This document shows positions 47,550 through 56,962 of a stretch of DNA of 62,360 bases, one piece after another. A program made the translations under genes and the position numbers. How positions within the stretch are numbered: position 1 is the stretch's first letter; every line of letters starts with the position of its first letter. This DNA is from Pseudomonadota bacterium (lineage in GTDB: Bacteria; Pseudomonadota; Gammaproteobacteria; UBA9214): NCBI GenBank assembly GCA_039714155.1, contig JBDLJX010000004.1, positions 1 through 62,360 on the forward strand, written 5' to 3'. The notes below the pieces were generated by a model, which did not search any database, had not been told where the DNA came from, and saw nothing but the letters and a program-made list of their open reading frames with translations.

Positions 47550-49073
47550 CTATTCCGGACTTGTTCCGACATCGAACAGATTGATCTGGGTTCCCAGGCG
47601 CGTTTGCACGGCACCGCCGGCCAGGCCCTTGGAAAACAGCAAGATGTTCAGCGATCCGCCGTACAGGAAGTTGCCGAGGCGAGTGTAGCCTCTTTTCACC
47701 ACTTTTCCGGGGACGATGTCCTTGTCCAGCACCACCGACCCTATGGTATTCAATCCCACAGGGACGGATGCGACGTAGCCAGTCAGTGCCGTTCCATCCA
47801 GGTCGGTGTACTTGACCTCGATGATGATCACGCCCCGCTGGAAAACCTGGAACTGGCTGAAGTCGCTGCCGGGTCGCCCTGCATCGCCGCTCGTCGGGGC
47901 CCAATTCGGGAAATCGAAATAACCATAGGTGCCGTCGGATACCACCGCGGCGTGGACGATCCTACCGTTGACCGGGGAATGAAAGTGATGATAGGTGTTC
48001 GGCATCAGCACACAGGAGAGCCCGGAGCCACCCACAAAGCGGCTCCTGTACTTGTCGTCCACGCCCTTCAGGAGCTCGTCCAGGCTGATAGGAATGCCCT
48101 TCACATCGAGCACCGTATTGAGCTGCAGCGGGTTGTCAATCAGCTTTCTGGACACCCTCCGCCCCTCATTCAGGACCTGAACGAGGGGGTTCATGATGCA
48201 ATCCGTGGGCGATACCACGATGTAGTCGCGTTTAGGGTACTCCTTCAACGGCATGGTGGCAGGCCGGCTGGGAATGGTTCGGCTCTCGTGGTCGACGATG
48301 ATCTCGCGGGCGAAAAACTCGTTCCAGGACTTGTAGTCTCCTGCCCTGTACTTCTGATAATCCTCGATCTCGATTCGAGGATCGCTGACCCACTCCTCGA
48401 TGAAGTTCGTAGACACGGGACTATCCATGAACATACCCCGTTGCTTGCTGAAGTCCTGGGTGAACTTCAGGCCCGTGAGTAGTGGCTCGGCGGGATCGAG
48501 CGGGTTTCTCCCCTGGACGAATGCCTGGCCGGCCTCGTTGTGGTAGTAGAACCAGGCGAAATCCTGAATGTACTCAAGTCCGTTGTCGTGCGTACCGTTA
48601 ATGCGCGGGAGAAAGGTGCACCAATCGGCGAAGAAGGGCACCATCAGCCCCAGCAACTGTCTCCCGTCCTCAGCGGCTTCCCAGGGATTGGGCATCGAAT
48701 ACGCGGGAGGAAGATCCTGCATCCCCGCCGCCGCCGCATCCAGCGCCTTGGGCACTACCGGGTTCGTGTAGAACTGATCCAGGAGGAACGCTAGAGAGTC
48801 GCTGCATGGGGAGGCCGCGACAACCGAGATCATATGGATATCCAACAGCCCCTGGCCAAAGTAGCGCCCACGTAAATTGTCTAACGATGTTCGAACGCGC
48901 TCGTACCGCTCGCTGGTAACCAGGCTTCTCAGGTGCTCCGGCACGTGTTGCTCATATTCTGATACCATTGCTGAGCCGGTCGAATTCGGGGTTCCCGCCA
49001 AAGACGGTAATGCGAATGAAAGGCAGCCGGCCAATACCAAAACGGCGAGCGTCGATGCGGACAGGGTCCTCAT
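47550..49073 (-). CDS. Exported phosphatidylserine-decarboxylase-family (pyruvoyl, PsiD-like) decarboxylase
   Basis: SWNEFFAR; SPTD; YHHFHSPVNG; GNFLYGGS self-cleavage motif; hydrophobic N-terminal signal (LVLAGC...SLAG). Confidence 0.85.
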   Translation of the reverse strand: MRTLSASTLAVLVLAGCLSFALPSLAGTPNSTGSAMVSEYEQHVPEHLRSLVTSERYERVRTSLDNLRGRYFGQGLLDIHMISVVAASPCSDSLAFLLDQFYTNPVVPKALDAAAAGMQDLPPAYSMPNPWEAAEDGRQLLGLMVPFFADWCTFLPRINGTHDNGLEYIQDFAWFYYHNEAGQAFVQGRNPLDPAEPLLTGLKFTQDFSKQRGMFMDSPVSTNFIEEWVSDPRIEIEDYQKYRAGDYKSWNEFFAREIIVDHESRTIPSRPATMPLKEYPKRDYIVVSPTDCIMNPLVQVLNEGRRVSRKLIDNPLQLNTVLDVKGIPISLDELLKGVDDKYRSRFVGGSGLSCVLMPNTYHHFHSPVNGRIVHAAVVSDGTYGYFDFPNWAPTSGDAGRPGSDFSQFQVFQRGVIIIEVKYTDLDGTALTGYVASVPVGLNTIGSVVLDKDIVPGKVVKRGYTRLGNFLYGGSLNILLFSKGLAGGAVQTRLGTQINLFDVGTSPE

Positions 49074-49238
49074 AACAGATCATCCTTGCGAAAAATCGGA
49101 GACAGCGAACAAATGCTCCGGACATGAAAAGAATTGGCCTCTGTGGCCGATATTTAGAAGCCTAGCACATCTGCACAGCCTGATCCTGAGGCCTGAGGGC
49201 TCCGACCACAGCACCAAGAACCCAGGGCTCAGCTCTTT

Positions 49239-49350
49239 TCACCCAGCACTGGGGATGTCCTTGGCCTTCTTGCCGTTGAGGATTGCCAAGGCCATCGCGG
49301 CCGTGAGCCACTCCATCCTCCACCACGCCGCAGAGGAAGCCGTCGGCCGT
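49239..49350 (-). pseudogene. Fragment resembling the C-terminus of an ABC_sub_bind (PF04392-like) substrate-binding protein
   Basis: Minus-strand frames read DGFLCGVVEDG..HG, then AAMALAILNGKKAKDIP after a frame change. Confidence 0.4.
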
Positions 49351-49590
49351 GCTTTATGCCTACATTTTGCACGTTATGGAAATTTAATAAATCAAGAAAA
49401 GACGAAACGAACAATTGTTGGGGAACGACTACTTTGGGTGGCGAGTTCAACCGGTGAGGGGATTGCGACGGTTCCTTCCTTCGCATAGTCTCGGAGAGAA
49501 AACCGCTATCTGTGGAGAGAACACCATGGACATATCAGGCTGCTCCTATCTTGTTTACGTTGTCACGGGAAACACTGAGCGCACTCCAGC

Positions 49591-51939
49591 ATGAGGCTGC
49601 GCACCCGCCTCCTAGCCACACAGGTTCCAGCCATGCTGTTGCTGTTTCTGGCATTGTTCGCGCTCGCCTTCAACACCAGCAGGAGTATCCTGGCAGAGCA
49701 GATCCAGCGTGAAAGCAGAGCACTGGCACGAGCCCATGCCGGCGAATTCGATCTGCTGTTCCAGACCGCGCAAACTGTGGCCCAAGGCCTCGCACTAGCC
49801 GTAGCTAATGACTCGGAGCTGGACCCGGTCCGTATCGAGAAACGCATCCGCAACACCTTGGAGCAGTACCGCTTTATCTATGGCTCAACCGTCGCCCTTA
49901 TCCCCGAAGCCACCGAGCTGAGAAGTTTCGCGCCCTACCTGTACCGCGAGCCGGAAGGAATCCGTTCCACCTCGCTGGCCACGGCGGACTACGATTATCC
50001 GCACTGGGACTGGTTCCGCACCCCACTGGAACAGAATAGTGCGACCTGGGGCGAGCCCTATTTCGACAAGGGCGGCGGTAATATCCTGATGGTTACCCAC
50101 TCCGCACCCATCCGCCGTCAGGGGCAAATCCTGGGGGTGGCCACAGTAGATATCTCTATCGCCGAGCTGGTGGATCAAATCCGGGCTCTGCGGGTGGCCG
50201 ACAGTGGTTACGCATTCCTGCTCACGGCAAGTGGTCGCCTGATTGCCCATCCCCGGCAGGGCCTGCTGTCGGAGCAGGACCTGAAGACAATGATCAAGGC
50301 TTCTGACGACGGTAATCTGAGGATGCTGGAAAGGCTAACGGCCGACAGCGGTGATGAGCTTGCGATGTTCACTGATCCGTTTTTAGGCCAGCCAAGCTGG
50401 GTAGTAAGCAGTCGCATAGAGGCCACCGGCGCCACCCTGCTTATCGTCCTGCCGCTGCAGGAGATCATGCGTCCCGTGACCCGGCTCAAACAAAAGATGT
50501 TACTGGCTGCGGTGCTGATTATAGCGATTACCCTGACAATCATCCTGGCCCTGTCTGCCAACATCACGGCACCCCTGACCCGGCTGGTGGGACAAGCGGA
50601 GCATTTCGCCGCGGGACGCCTGGACCGGCGTTTGCCCGAGGATACAGGCCCAGTGGAGACTCGCCACCTGGCACATGCTTTCAATAACATGGGCGCAGCT
50701 ATACAGCGGAACATCGAGGAAGTGCGTAGCGCCACCGCAGAAAAAGAGCGCTATCACAAAGAGCTTCAAATCGCCGCCGAGATTCAGAAGGGGATCCTGC
50801 CGCATCGTTTTCCCCCGTTCGCCGACCTGGAGGCCCGACTGGATCTTGCGGGCCTCACACGGCCGGCCCGTGAGGTGGGGGGCGATTACTACGATTTTTT
50901 CCGTTTGTCCCGCGACCGTATCGGCATTGTGGTCGCCGATGTCTCCGATAAGGGTGCTGCGGCCGCCCTGTTCATGGCCATTACCCACACCCTGGTGCGC
51001 GAGGTGGCCCAACGCCGGGTTCCCCCGGCCGAGGTGCTGAGGCGCATCAATCGTACATTGGCCAACGAAAATCCCTCCGCCATGTTTGTCACCCTGGTGT
51101 ATGGCGAATACCACTCGGATACAGGCCATCTGCGACTTGTCAATGCTGGCCACAATCCGCCCCTGCTACTCCGCGCCGACGGTGGCATGCAGATCGTGAT
51201 GGCCAAGCCCAGACTGCCGCTGGGCGCCATGCCGGACACCCGCTATGAAACCCTGGAACTGCGGTTGGAACCCGGCGACAGCATCCTGCTGTACTCGGAC
51301 GGTATTACCGAGGCCTGCAATTCGGAGCAGGAAGAGTGGGGCCTCGGCCGGTTGCAGAAAGTTCTGGGAAAGCTTCAGGGAGATATGCGGACGGTTGCCC
51401 ATGAATTACTGGCACGGGTCGATGCCTTTCGCGGTAACGCCGAGCAGCACGACGACATCACCCTGTTATTGCTGCAACGCCAGCCTGCAGACTCGCCGGC
51501 CGCCGACAAGGCCGAGCATGTCCGCAGCGTACGCATGGAGTGGCCGGCCCGCACTGAAATACTGGCTAAGGTGGCCGCCTTGGTCGAAGCCATGGCCCGG
51601 GACGCTGGCTTCGACGAGCGGGAGGCAGGCCGTCTGGTGCTGGCCGTCGACGAGGTGGTCAGTAATGTGATCCGACACGGCGATGGGAAGGAAAACCGTT
51701 TCGCCATGGAGCTTACCCCGCTAGATGGGGGGCTGGAGGTCACAGTAATCGACTGGGGCGAGCCGTTCGACTTCGAGGCCAAGTCCCATACATACAGCGG
51801 GACGGTGTCATTGGATCATGAGCCCGGCGGCATCGGCCTGTATCTCGCGTGCCAGTCGGTGGATGAGGTTCGCTATACCCCGAACGCCTTGGATGGCAAC
51901 CATCTTACGCTAGTGAAGTACCTAAGTGCCTTATCCTGA
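49591..51939 (+). CDS. dCache-HAMP-SpoIIE (PP2C) phosphatase fused to an RsbW-like HATPase kinase
   Basis: TM-dCache (WDWF, WGEPYFD, MVT, TVD)-TM-HAMP; EVGGDYYD, ADVSDKG, NAGHNPP, YSDGITEA, QHDDIT; AVDEVVSNVIRHG, DWGEPFD, GGIGLYL. Confidence 0.92.
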   Translation: MRLRTRLLATQVPAMLLLFLALFALAFNTSRSILAEQIQRESRALARAHAGEFDLLFQTAQTVAQGLALAVANDSELDPVRIEKRIRNTLEQYRFIYGSTVALIPEATELRSFAPYLYREPEGIRSTSLATADYDYPHWDWFRTPLEQNSATWGEPYFDKGGGNILMVTHSAPIRRQGQILGVATVDISIAELVDQIRALRVADSGYAFLLTASGRLIAHPRQGLLSEQDLKTMIKASDDGNLRMLERLTADSGDELAMFTDPFLGQPSWVVSSRIEATGATLLIVLPLQEIMRPVTRLKQKMLLAAVLIIAITLTIILALSANITAPLTRLVGQAEHFAAGRLDRRLPEDTGPVETRHLAHAFNNMGAAIQRNIEEVRSATAEKERYHKELQIAAEIQKGILPHRFPPFADLEARLDLAGLTRPAREVGGDYYDFFRLSRDRIGIVVADVSDKGAAAALFMAITHTLVREVAQRRVPPAEVLRRINRTLANENPSAMFVTLVYGEYHSDTGHLRLVNAGHNPPLLLRADGGMQIVMAKPRLPLGAMPDTRYETLELRLEPGDSILLYSDGITEACNSEQEEWGLGRLQKVLGKLQGDMRTVAHELLARVDAFRGNAEQHDDITLLLLQRQPADSPAADKAEHVRSVRMEWPARTEILAKVAALVEAMARDAGFDEREAGRLVLAVDEVVSNVIRHGDGKENRFAMELTPLDGGLEVTVIDWGEPFDFEAKSHTYSGTVSLDHEPGGIGLYLACQSVDEVRYTPNALDGNHLTLVKYLSALS

Positions 51940-52098
51940 ATCCGGTATAGTAGCCCCGCTGAAATCTGTAAGGTTCCAGATGCGACTGGTTAGACAGGGA
52001 GTTGAGTTGCCAAACTTTAAACAGGCAACTGACTTTCTCGTACCTTTAATTAGTGCCCGGCGTTTGGTGTAAACGCCGTAAATTAAGAGGAAAGTAAC

Positions 52099-52953
52099 AT
52101 GACTGCCATAACCAACGGCACTGTTTCCATTGCACCCTCCTTGAGCGACCGCGAATATGCCGAGTGTTTCGATACGTTTAGGCAGATCTCAACCGAATGG
52201 AAATCGACACAGAAGTGGCTGAGTGACGATCTCCTTCCCCAGCGTGCCTGGTCAGATCCTCTGAACATTCTGAGTATCGGCAGTGGCACCGGAGATTTCG
52301 ATTTGCAGCTTATGAAGCTCATCCTGAAGCGCTGGCGTATCGGGTCCTATATCGCAATCGATCCCAATCCCGATCATAATCAAATATTCACAACCAGATT
52401 CCGGGAGAGCGGCCTGACGGTTTCCAATTTCGAAATACTCTCTCAGACCTTCCCAGTCCAGCATCTCGATATGAAATTTGATCTTGTCCATATGACGCAT
52501 TGTCTTTACTACATACCGGACCGGCTCAAGGCCATTCAAGCTGCCCTCGATATCCTGAACAATCAGGGTCTTATTTTAGTCTTTCACCAGACCCCTTTGG
52601 GCATCAACGAAATTCAACGGCGATTTTTAAAACGTGCCAAGGGCAACGAAAGTGAAATGTATTCTTCCAAGGACATCTATCGGTTGCTGGAATCACTTCC
52701 TGCCACTTTTGCATTTGACATTATTGATGGAATACTGGATGTGTCGGATTTAGTCGCACCGCAGTCTCTTCGGGGAAAGCAGCTTCTGAACTTTTTTCTG
52801 GAATGCCGTGCAGATTTGTTACCACCGGAATTCAAGGAAGAGGTTGTAGATTTCATCAAAGGGTTAGCGTTTACTGAAAACAACCGCCAAGTCATATTCC
52901 ACCCTGTCGGGGTTTTCTGTATATCGCGCAATCCCAACCAAGCTGCGATATAG
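52099..52953 (+). CDS. Class I SAM methyltransferase, histamine-N-methyltransferase-like
   Basis: ILSIGSGTGDFD; AIDPN; FDLVHMTHCLYY, resembling HNMT LSIGGGAGEID and DFIHMIQMLYY. Confidence 0.8.
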   Translation: MTAITNGTVSIAPSLSDREYAECFDTFRQISTEWKSTQKWLSDDLLPQRAWSDPLNILSIGSGTGDFDLQLMKLILKRWRIGSYIAIDPNPDHNQIFTTRFRESGLTVSNFEILSQTFPVQHLDMKFDLVHMTHCLYYIPDRLKAIQAALDILNNQGLILVFHQTPLGINEIQRRFLKRAKGNESEMYSSKDIYRLLESLPATFAFDIIDGILDVSDLVAPQSLRGKQLLNFFLECRADLLPPEFKEEVVDFIKGLAFTENNRQVIFHPVGVFCISRNPNQAAI

Positions 52954-53019
52954 ATAACAGATCCCCAAAGCGATGGAACTGAATTCCCATTAACAACTAA
53001 TGTCTCCTGCGTGATGGTC

Positions 53020-53637
53020 TTACGCTGGTTTGCTTACCGTAATCCACAGGAACACCTCGCCACTAATATTCCGATAGTCCCGGGCTTCAATGTCAAAGCC
53101 CAGCCGTTCCAAATCAATATATAGTTTTTCCGGGCTTTTATGGCTGTAATACAGCTCCTGCCCCAAGAATTCCTTATACCCATCGAATTCCAGCTTGCCC
53201 GTGTACTCCTGGGTTGCATAGGTGAATAATACTTTTCCATTCGGCCGCAACCAGTCGAATATTTTCCTGAACAAGGCTGCATGATCATCTCGGGGGACAT
53301 GGAACAGGGCATAGATCATGGTGACCGCATCAAATTGGCCCGGTTCGAATTCGATATCGCGCATATCGGCATAGATGGTATCCATGTTCGGAACGTATCT
53401 GGCCGCCAAATCGAGCATCCGTTGCGAAAAATCTATGCCCGTGACCGACCAGCCCCGATTTATGAAGGTAGCAGCAAACGGTTCGCCTGCCCCGCAACCC
53501 AGGTCGAGCACTCTTCCCTTTATTATGTCGAAACGCTGGTAAAAAGCGTTAAACACCTCCGTCATATCGAAGATACCGCGGCTCTCCTCATAGGTGTCAG
53601 CAAATTCATCATAGATGCGGGCAAGGGATTTTTTCAT
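53020..53637 (-). CDS. Class I SAM-dependent methyltransferase
   Basis: VLDLGCGAG; GIDFS; FDAV...ALFHVPR; LRPNG. Confidence 0.9.
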   Translation of the reverse strand: MKKSLARIYDEFADTYEESRGIFDMTEVFNAFYQRFDIIKGRVLDLGCGAGEPFAATFINRGWSVTGIDFSQRMLDLAARYVPNMDTIYADMRDIEFEPGQFDAVTMIYALFHVPRDDHAALFRKIFDWLRPNGKVLFTYATQEYTGKLEFDGYKEFLGQELYYSHKSPEKLYIDLERLGFDIEARDYRNISGEVFLWITVSKPA

Positions 53638-53860
53638 GGATGAGTGAACATTTAACTGATTATAAGTTGCTGGAAAGCATCCTGTTCAGAGACTCCTTGC
53701 CTAAGTGGCCACCGGAAAGATCGACCGGAAGCGGTTGAAGGTTTGGTAATCATTCGTTAACCTTTCCCTTTCACGGTCTTCCGTCTGACTATGCCGCAGC
53801 GCATACAGACAAACTCGGCCCCTCACGGTTGCCGATCCCGGTCTGCCCCTGTCCGGATGG

Positions 53861-54178
53861 CTATGCCGGTTCGTCGCTAACAATGGTGAACAGATCCGAG
53901 AATCCCGAAAGATCCAATACTTCTTTCACGTTCTCCTGCGGAGAGCGCAATCGCATGTCGCCCGCCTTGGCCCGCACTTCCTTCAGGATTATCAGCAGTA
54001 CCCTCAGACCAGCGCTGCTCAGATACTGAATCCCGTGCATATCCAGGTCCAGCCACACGGTACCTTGAGCGAGTTGCTGCCGGAAAGCGGCATCCAGTTC
54101 CGGTGCAGTATGGCTATCCACACGACCCGCCACGCTGAGGATGGTCCATTTTCCTTCTGTCCTGTCATGAATCTGCAT
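53861..54178 (-). CDS. STAS-domain anti-sigma-factor antagonist (RsbV/SpoIIAA-like)
   Basis: GRVDSHTAPEL; YLSSAGLRVL phosphoacceptor motif; VKEVLDLSGF; GGAG RBS. Confidence 0.9.
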   Translation of the reverse strand: MQIHDRTEGKWTILSVAGRVDSHTAPELDAAFRQQLAQGTVWLDLDMHGIQYLSSAGLRVLLIILKEVRAKAGDMRLRSPQENVKEVLDLSGFSDLFTIVSDEPA

Positions 54179-54263
54179 ATGTCTACTCCGACGGTTGAAA
54201 TCTTGCAATACCCACGAAATTATACTGCCACCTTCTACAGCCGGGAAAGAGTTGCGCACGCTG

Positions 54264-54440
54264 CTATGGCTCATACAGTCCGGCACCGACGATCATTTCT
54301 TCGCCGTCCACCTGAACTCTCCGAATGTAGGCCAGCTTCCGCACCTGGTCGGCGTATCCCGGCCTGGCCCAGTAGTATTCTACCCAGGCACTCTGGCCAT
54401 TTTGCGTCTTACAGAAGGCCCATGATAGATGTACTGCCTC
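54264..54440 (-). pseudogene. C-terminal fragment of a Cache_2 domain protein
   Basis: Minus strand reads GQSAWVEYYWARPG...RKLAYIRRVQVDGEEMIVGAGLYEP*; no in-frame start; not in the ORF track. Confidence 0.65.
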
Positions 54441-54647
54441 AATGGCTTGCTTAAGGTGGAAGATAATTCAAAAACCAAAAACGCATCAGCAAGATTTTGG
54501 TGATTGATAATAGTTATTATTTGTCACTGTTCTTGCCTCTATAATATAATTCCAGAGTGCAATTGTTTCTGTTATCGTAATCCAAACCAGGCACTGACTT
54601 AAGTGTCTTTAAATGGTTAACAAACAATCTCTTTGTCCCCATTAATT

Positions 54648-55829
54648 ATGACTTTTATTACTGATATCGTTTCCACAAACGTTCACGAAGCCCACATCTC
54701 AGCTATCAAAGGCATGGCCATATTAAGCGCCAGGGTAGAGGGGGCCGCATCGCTCACCTGGGGGCTACCGTCTTTTCGTACACCGGAATATATTCGCCGG
54801 GGTGTCAAACAGTATCTTGATGAAGATCTCGATGCTGGCAAATATACCTTACCCGACGGTCTGCCTGAACTACGTGAACTGGTCGTGGCAAAACACAAAG
54901 CAAAGACTGGTATTGATGTTGACGCGGATGAGAATGTGATGATCAGTGCCGGCAATATGCAAGGTTTGAACACACTGTTTCATACCATGCTTGATCCGAG
55001 CGATGAGATCATCCTGACCGACCCGTGTTTTGCATCACACATCCAGCAGATTAATTTATTCTCGGGTAAGCCGATTTACTGGCCGCTGGATGAAAACAAT
55101 AACTGGTCTCTGGATATAGATTTATTGCCAGATTTAATTACTGACAAAACGCAGGCCATAGTTCTTGTTAGTCCATCAAACCCTACGGGAAAAATATTTT
55201 CCGAAGATGAACTGATCCGTGTCGGTGAGATCGCCAAGCGACACAATATACTGATTATTATCGATGACCCGTATAGTGTCTTCGTTTACGACAACAGGAA
55301 TAAATATTTTAATCTCGCCAGCGTTGAGGAATTTAAAGAGCACATTGTTTATTTGTATTCATTTTCAAAATCTTATGCCATGAGCGGTTGGCGATTGGCC
55401 TATATGGTAATGCCTGCCGAATTGAAACGTGAAGCGCTCAAAGTACACGATGCAACAATGATTTGTGCGCCGCGCATTTCCCAGTTGGCGGGTATTGTTG
55501 CATTGAGTCAGCCCTCTGATCATAAACAGGAATTTGAAACAATTCTGAATAGTCGCAGAGAACTAATCTGCCAAAGACTCGACGATATACCGCATGTTTT
55601 TGCCAATCAAAAACCTGAAGGGGCGTATTATATTTTTCCAAAAATAATTGCAGCCCACACAAATTCGGAAAAATTTGCAATAGATTTACTAAACAATGCC
55701 AGAGTTACGGTCACACCAGGCAGTGCTTTTGGACCTTCAGGTGAACATCATGTGAGGATGGCATACTGCGTTGATGAAGATACGATCAATCTGGCGTTTG
55801 ACCGAATCGAAAAACATTTCAAAGGCTGA
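54648..55829 (+). CDS. PLP-dependent class I/II aminotransferase
   Basis: YTLPDGLPELRE; SPSNPTG; DDPY; SFSKSYAMSGWRLAY; TPGSAFG; visibly AT-richer. Confidence 0.92.
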   Translation: MTFITDIVSTNVHEAHISAIKGMAILSARVEGAASLTWGLPSFRTPEYIRRGVKQYLDEDLDAGKYTLPDGLPELRELVVAKHKAKTGIDVDADENVMISAGNMQGLNTLFHTMLDPSDEIILTDPCFASHIQQINLFSGKPIYWPLDENNNWSLDIDLLPDLITDKTQAIVLVSPSNPTGKIFSEDELIRVGEIAKRHNILIIIDDPYSVFVYDNRNKYFNLASVEEFKEHIVYLYSFSKSYAMSGWRLAYMVMPAELKREALKVHDATMICAPRISQLAGIVALSQPSDHKQEFETILNSRRELICQRLDDIPHVFANQKPEGAYYIFPKIIAAHTNSEKFAIDLLNNARVTVTPGSAFGPSGEHHVRMAYCVDEDTINLAFDRIEKHFKG

Positions 55830-56044
55830 TTGCTAGAAAATTATATGAGCAATCTATAAGTCTGCTCCGACCCGACCCAGAAGTTCAGCGCCTTGGATCG
55901 AATGTCTGGAAGGCAGCACCAGAGCGCGAACCCGGCAAGGCAGGTAAGGATGGCGGCAGCGACTTAACTAACCAGAGGCACATCCAGGAGATGTCTTCAG
56001 AGCAGGCGCCATGCCCGCAACATTCACTTACCAGGAGAGCAACA

Positions 56045-56266
56045 ATGACCAATCGGCATCACCAACGCGCAGACAAAGTGGTAGCGGAGTTCAAGAATAT
56101 TATTGGCGAATCGATATGTAACCAGATCCAAAGCGCTCACTTTCAGGACCTTACCCTGCTGGTACGCGACTTGATTACCGACGACCTGCTTGTCGCGGCT
56201 GAACTGATCGATAAGGTGGCCCAGCAGCTACGGAGTGAGTCCGATTTACACGAAATGGAACTCTAG
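56045..56266 (+). CDS. Small hypothetical protein
   Basis: AGGAG RBS, 73 aa, helical pattern. Confidence 0.55.
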   Translation: MTNRHHQRADKVVAEFKNIIGESICNQIQSAHFQDLTLLVRDLITDDLLVAAELIDKVAQQLRSESDLHEMEL

Positions 56267-56462
56267 CTTCCGAAGGGCTCAGGCCTGATTGGCTTGATTG
56301 GTATAGCTAGACGCAAGAAAGCGGCGTAATCATTAAATCAGCAGCAACAGAGTCGGCAGCTTAGGTCGCCGTCTTGTGTTTTCGTGAATTGCTACTACGG
56401 CCGAAAGTACGCGTTTAGCTGACAGAACTGGCCAGGCCGTGTCGAACGCGTGCAATCGACCC

Positions 56463-56865
56463 TGTGGGTGGCGAATTCATAATTATTAACTGAAAACGAT
56501 AACCTAGACAGTCTTGTTCCTGAAAGCAACCGCCCCTACCCTTCTCTGCCATGAAGTATCTGCTGGTACTCCTCGTACATCTACTTACCACAGTCGCCAA
56601 ACTCCTGGGGCCCGGCGGTGCGAGAGCTGTCGTCGCTGACAGCCTCTGGAGCATTTATCTGTTTCGCTATGAATCCATTCTGCTGAAGACCCACTGGGTA
56701 CTCATCATCATGGATCAGTTTACTCGGCGCATCATCGGCTTTGGCGTCCATGCTGGCGATACCGATGGTATCGCCCTGTGCCACATGTTCAACAAAGCCA
56801 TTTCTACCCAATGTGTTCCATACTACCTCAGTTCTGACAATGACCCGCTATTCCGGTACCACTCT
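56463..56865 (+). mobile_element. Truncated, internally deleted IS family 1 copy
   Basis: Left TIR TGTGGGTGGCGAATT; N-terminus MKYLLVLL fused directly at ADSLWSI to the integrase core; stops at DPLFRYH. Confidence 0.82.
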
Positions 56866-56962
56866 ATGCGTGACTCGTGAGTCGACTTATCGTGTTGACC
56901 ACCAGTCTCCTGCCGTGACACACTAATGACTCAACCGACCGACCATCAACTGCGCGAACTCG

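Noticed and set aside
51940-52098. Possible riboswitch or IS end upstream of the HNMT-like gene
   Set aside because: Only one short hairpin (AGTTGCC...GGCAACT); no consensus I can match without an Rfam or ISfinder search
47550-53637. Psilocybin-like biosynthetic cluster
   Set aside because: No P450 hydroxylase or PsiK-like kinase; the decarboxylase substrate is unknown
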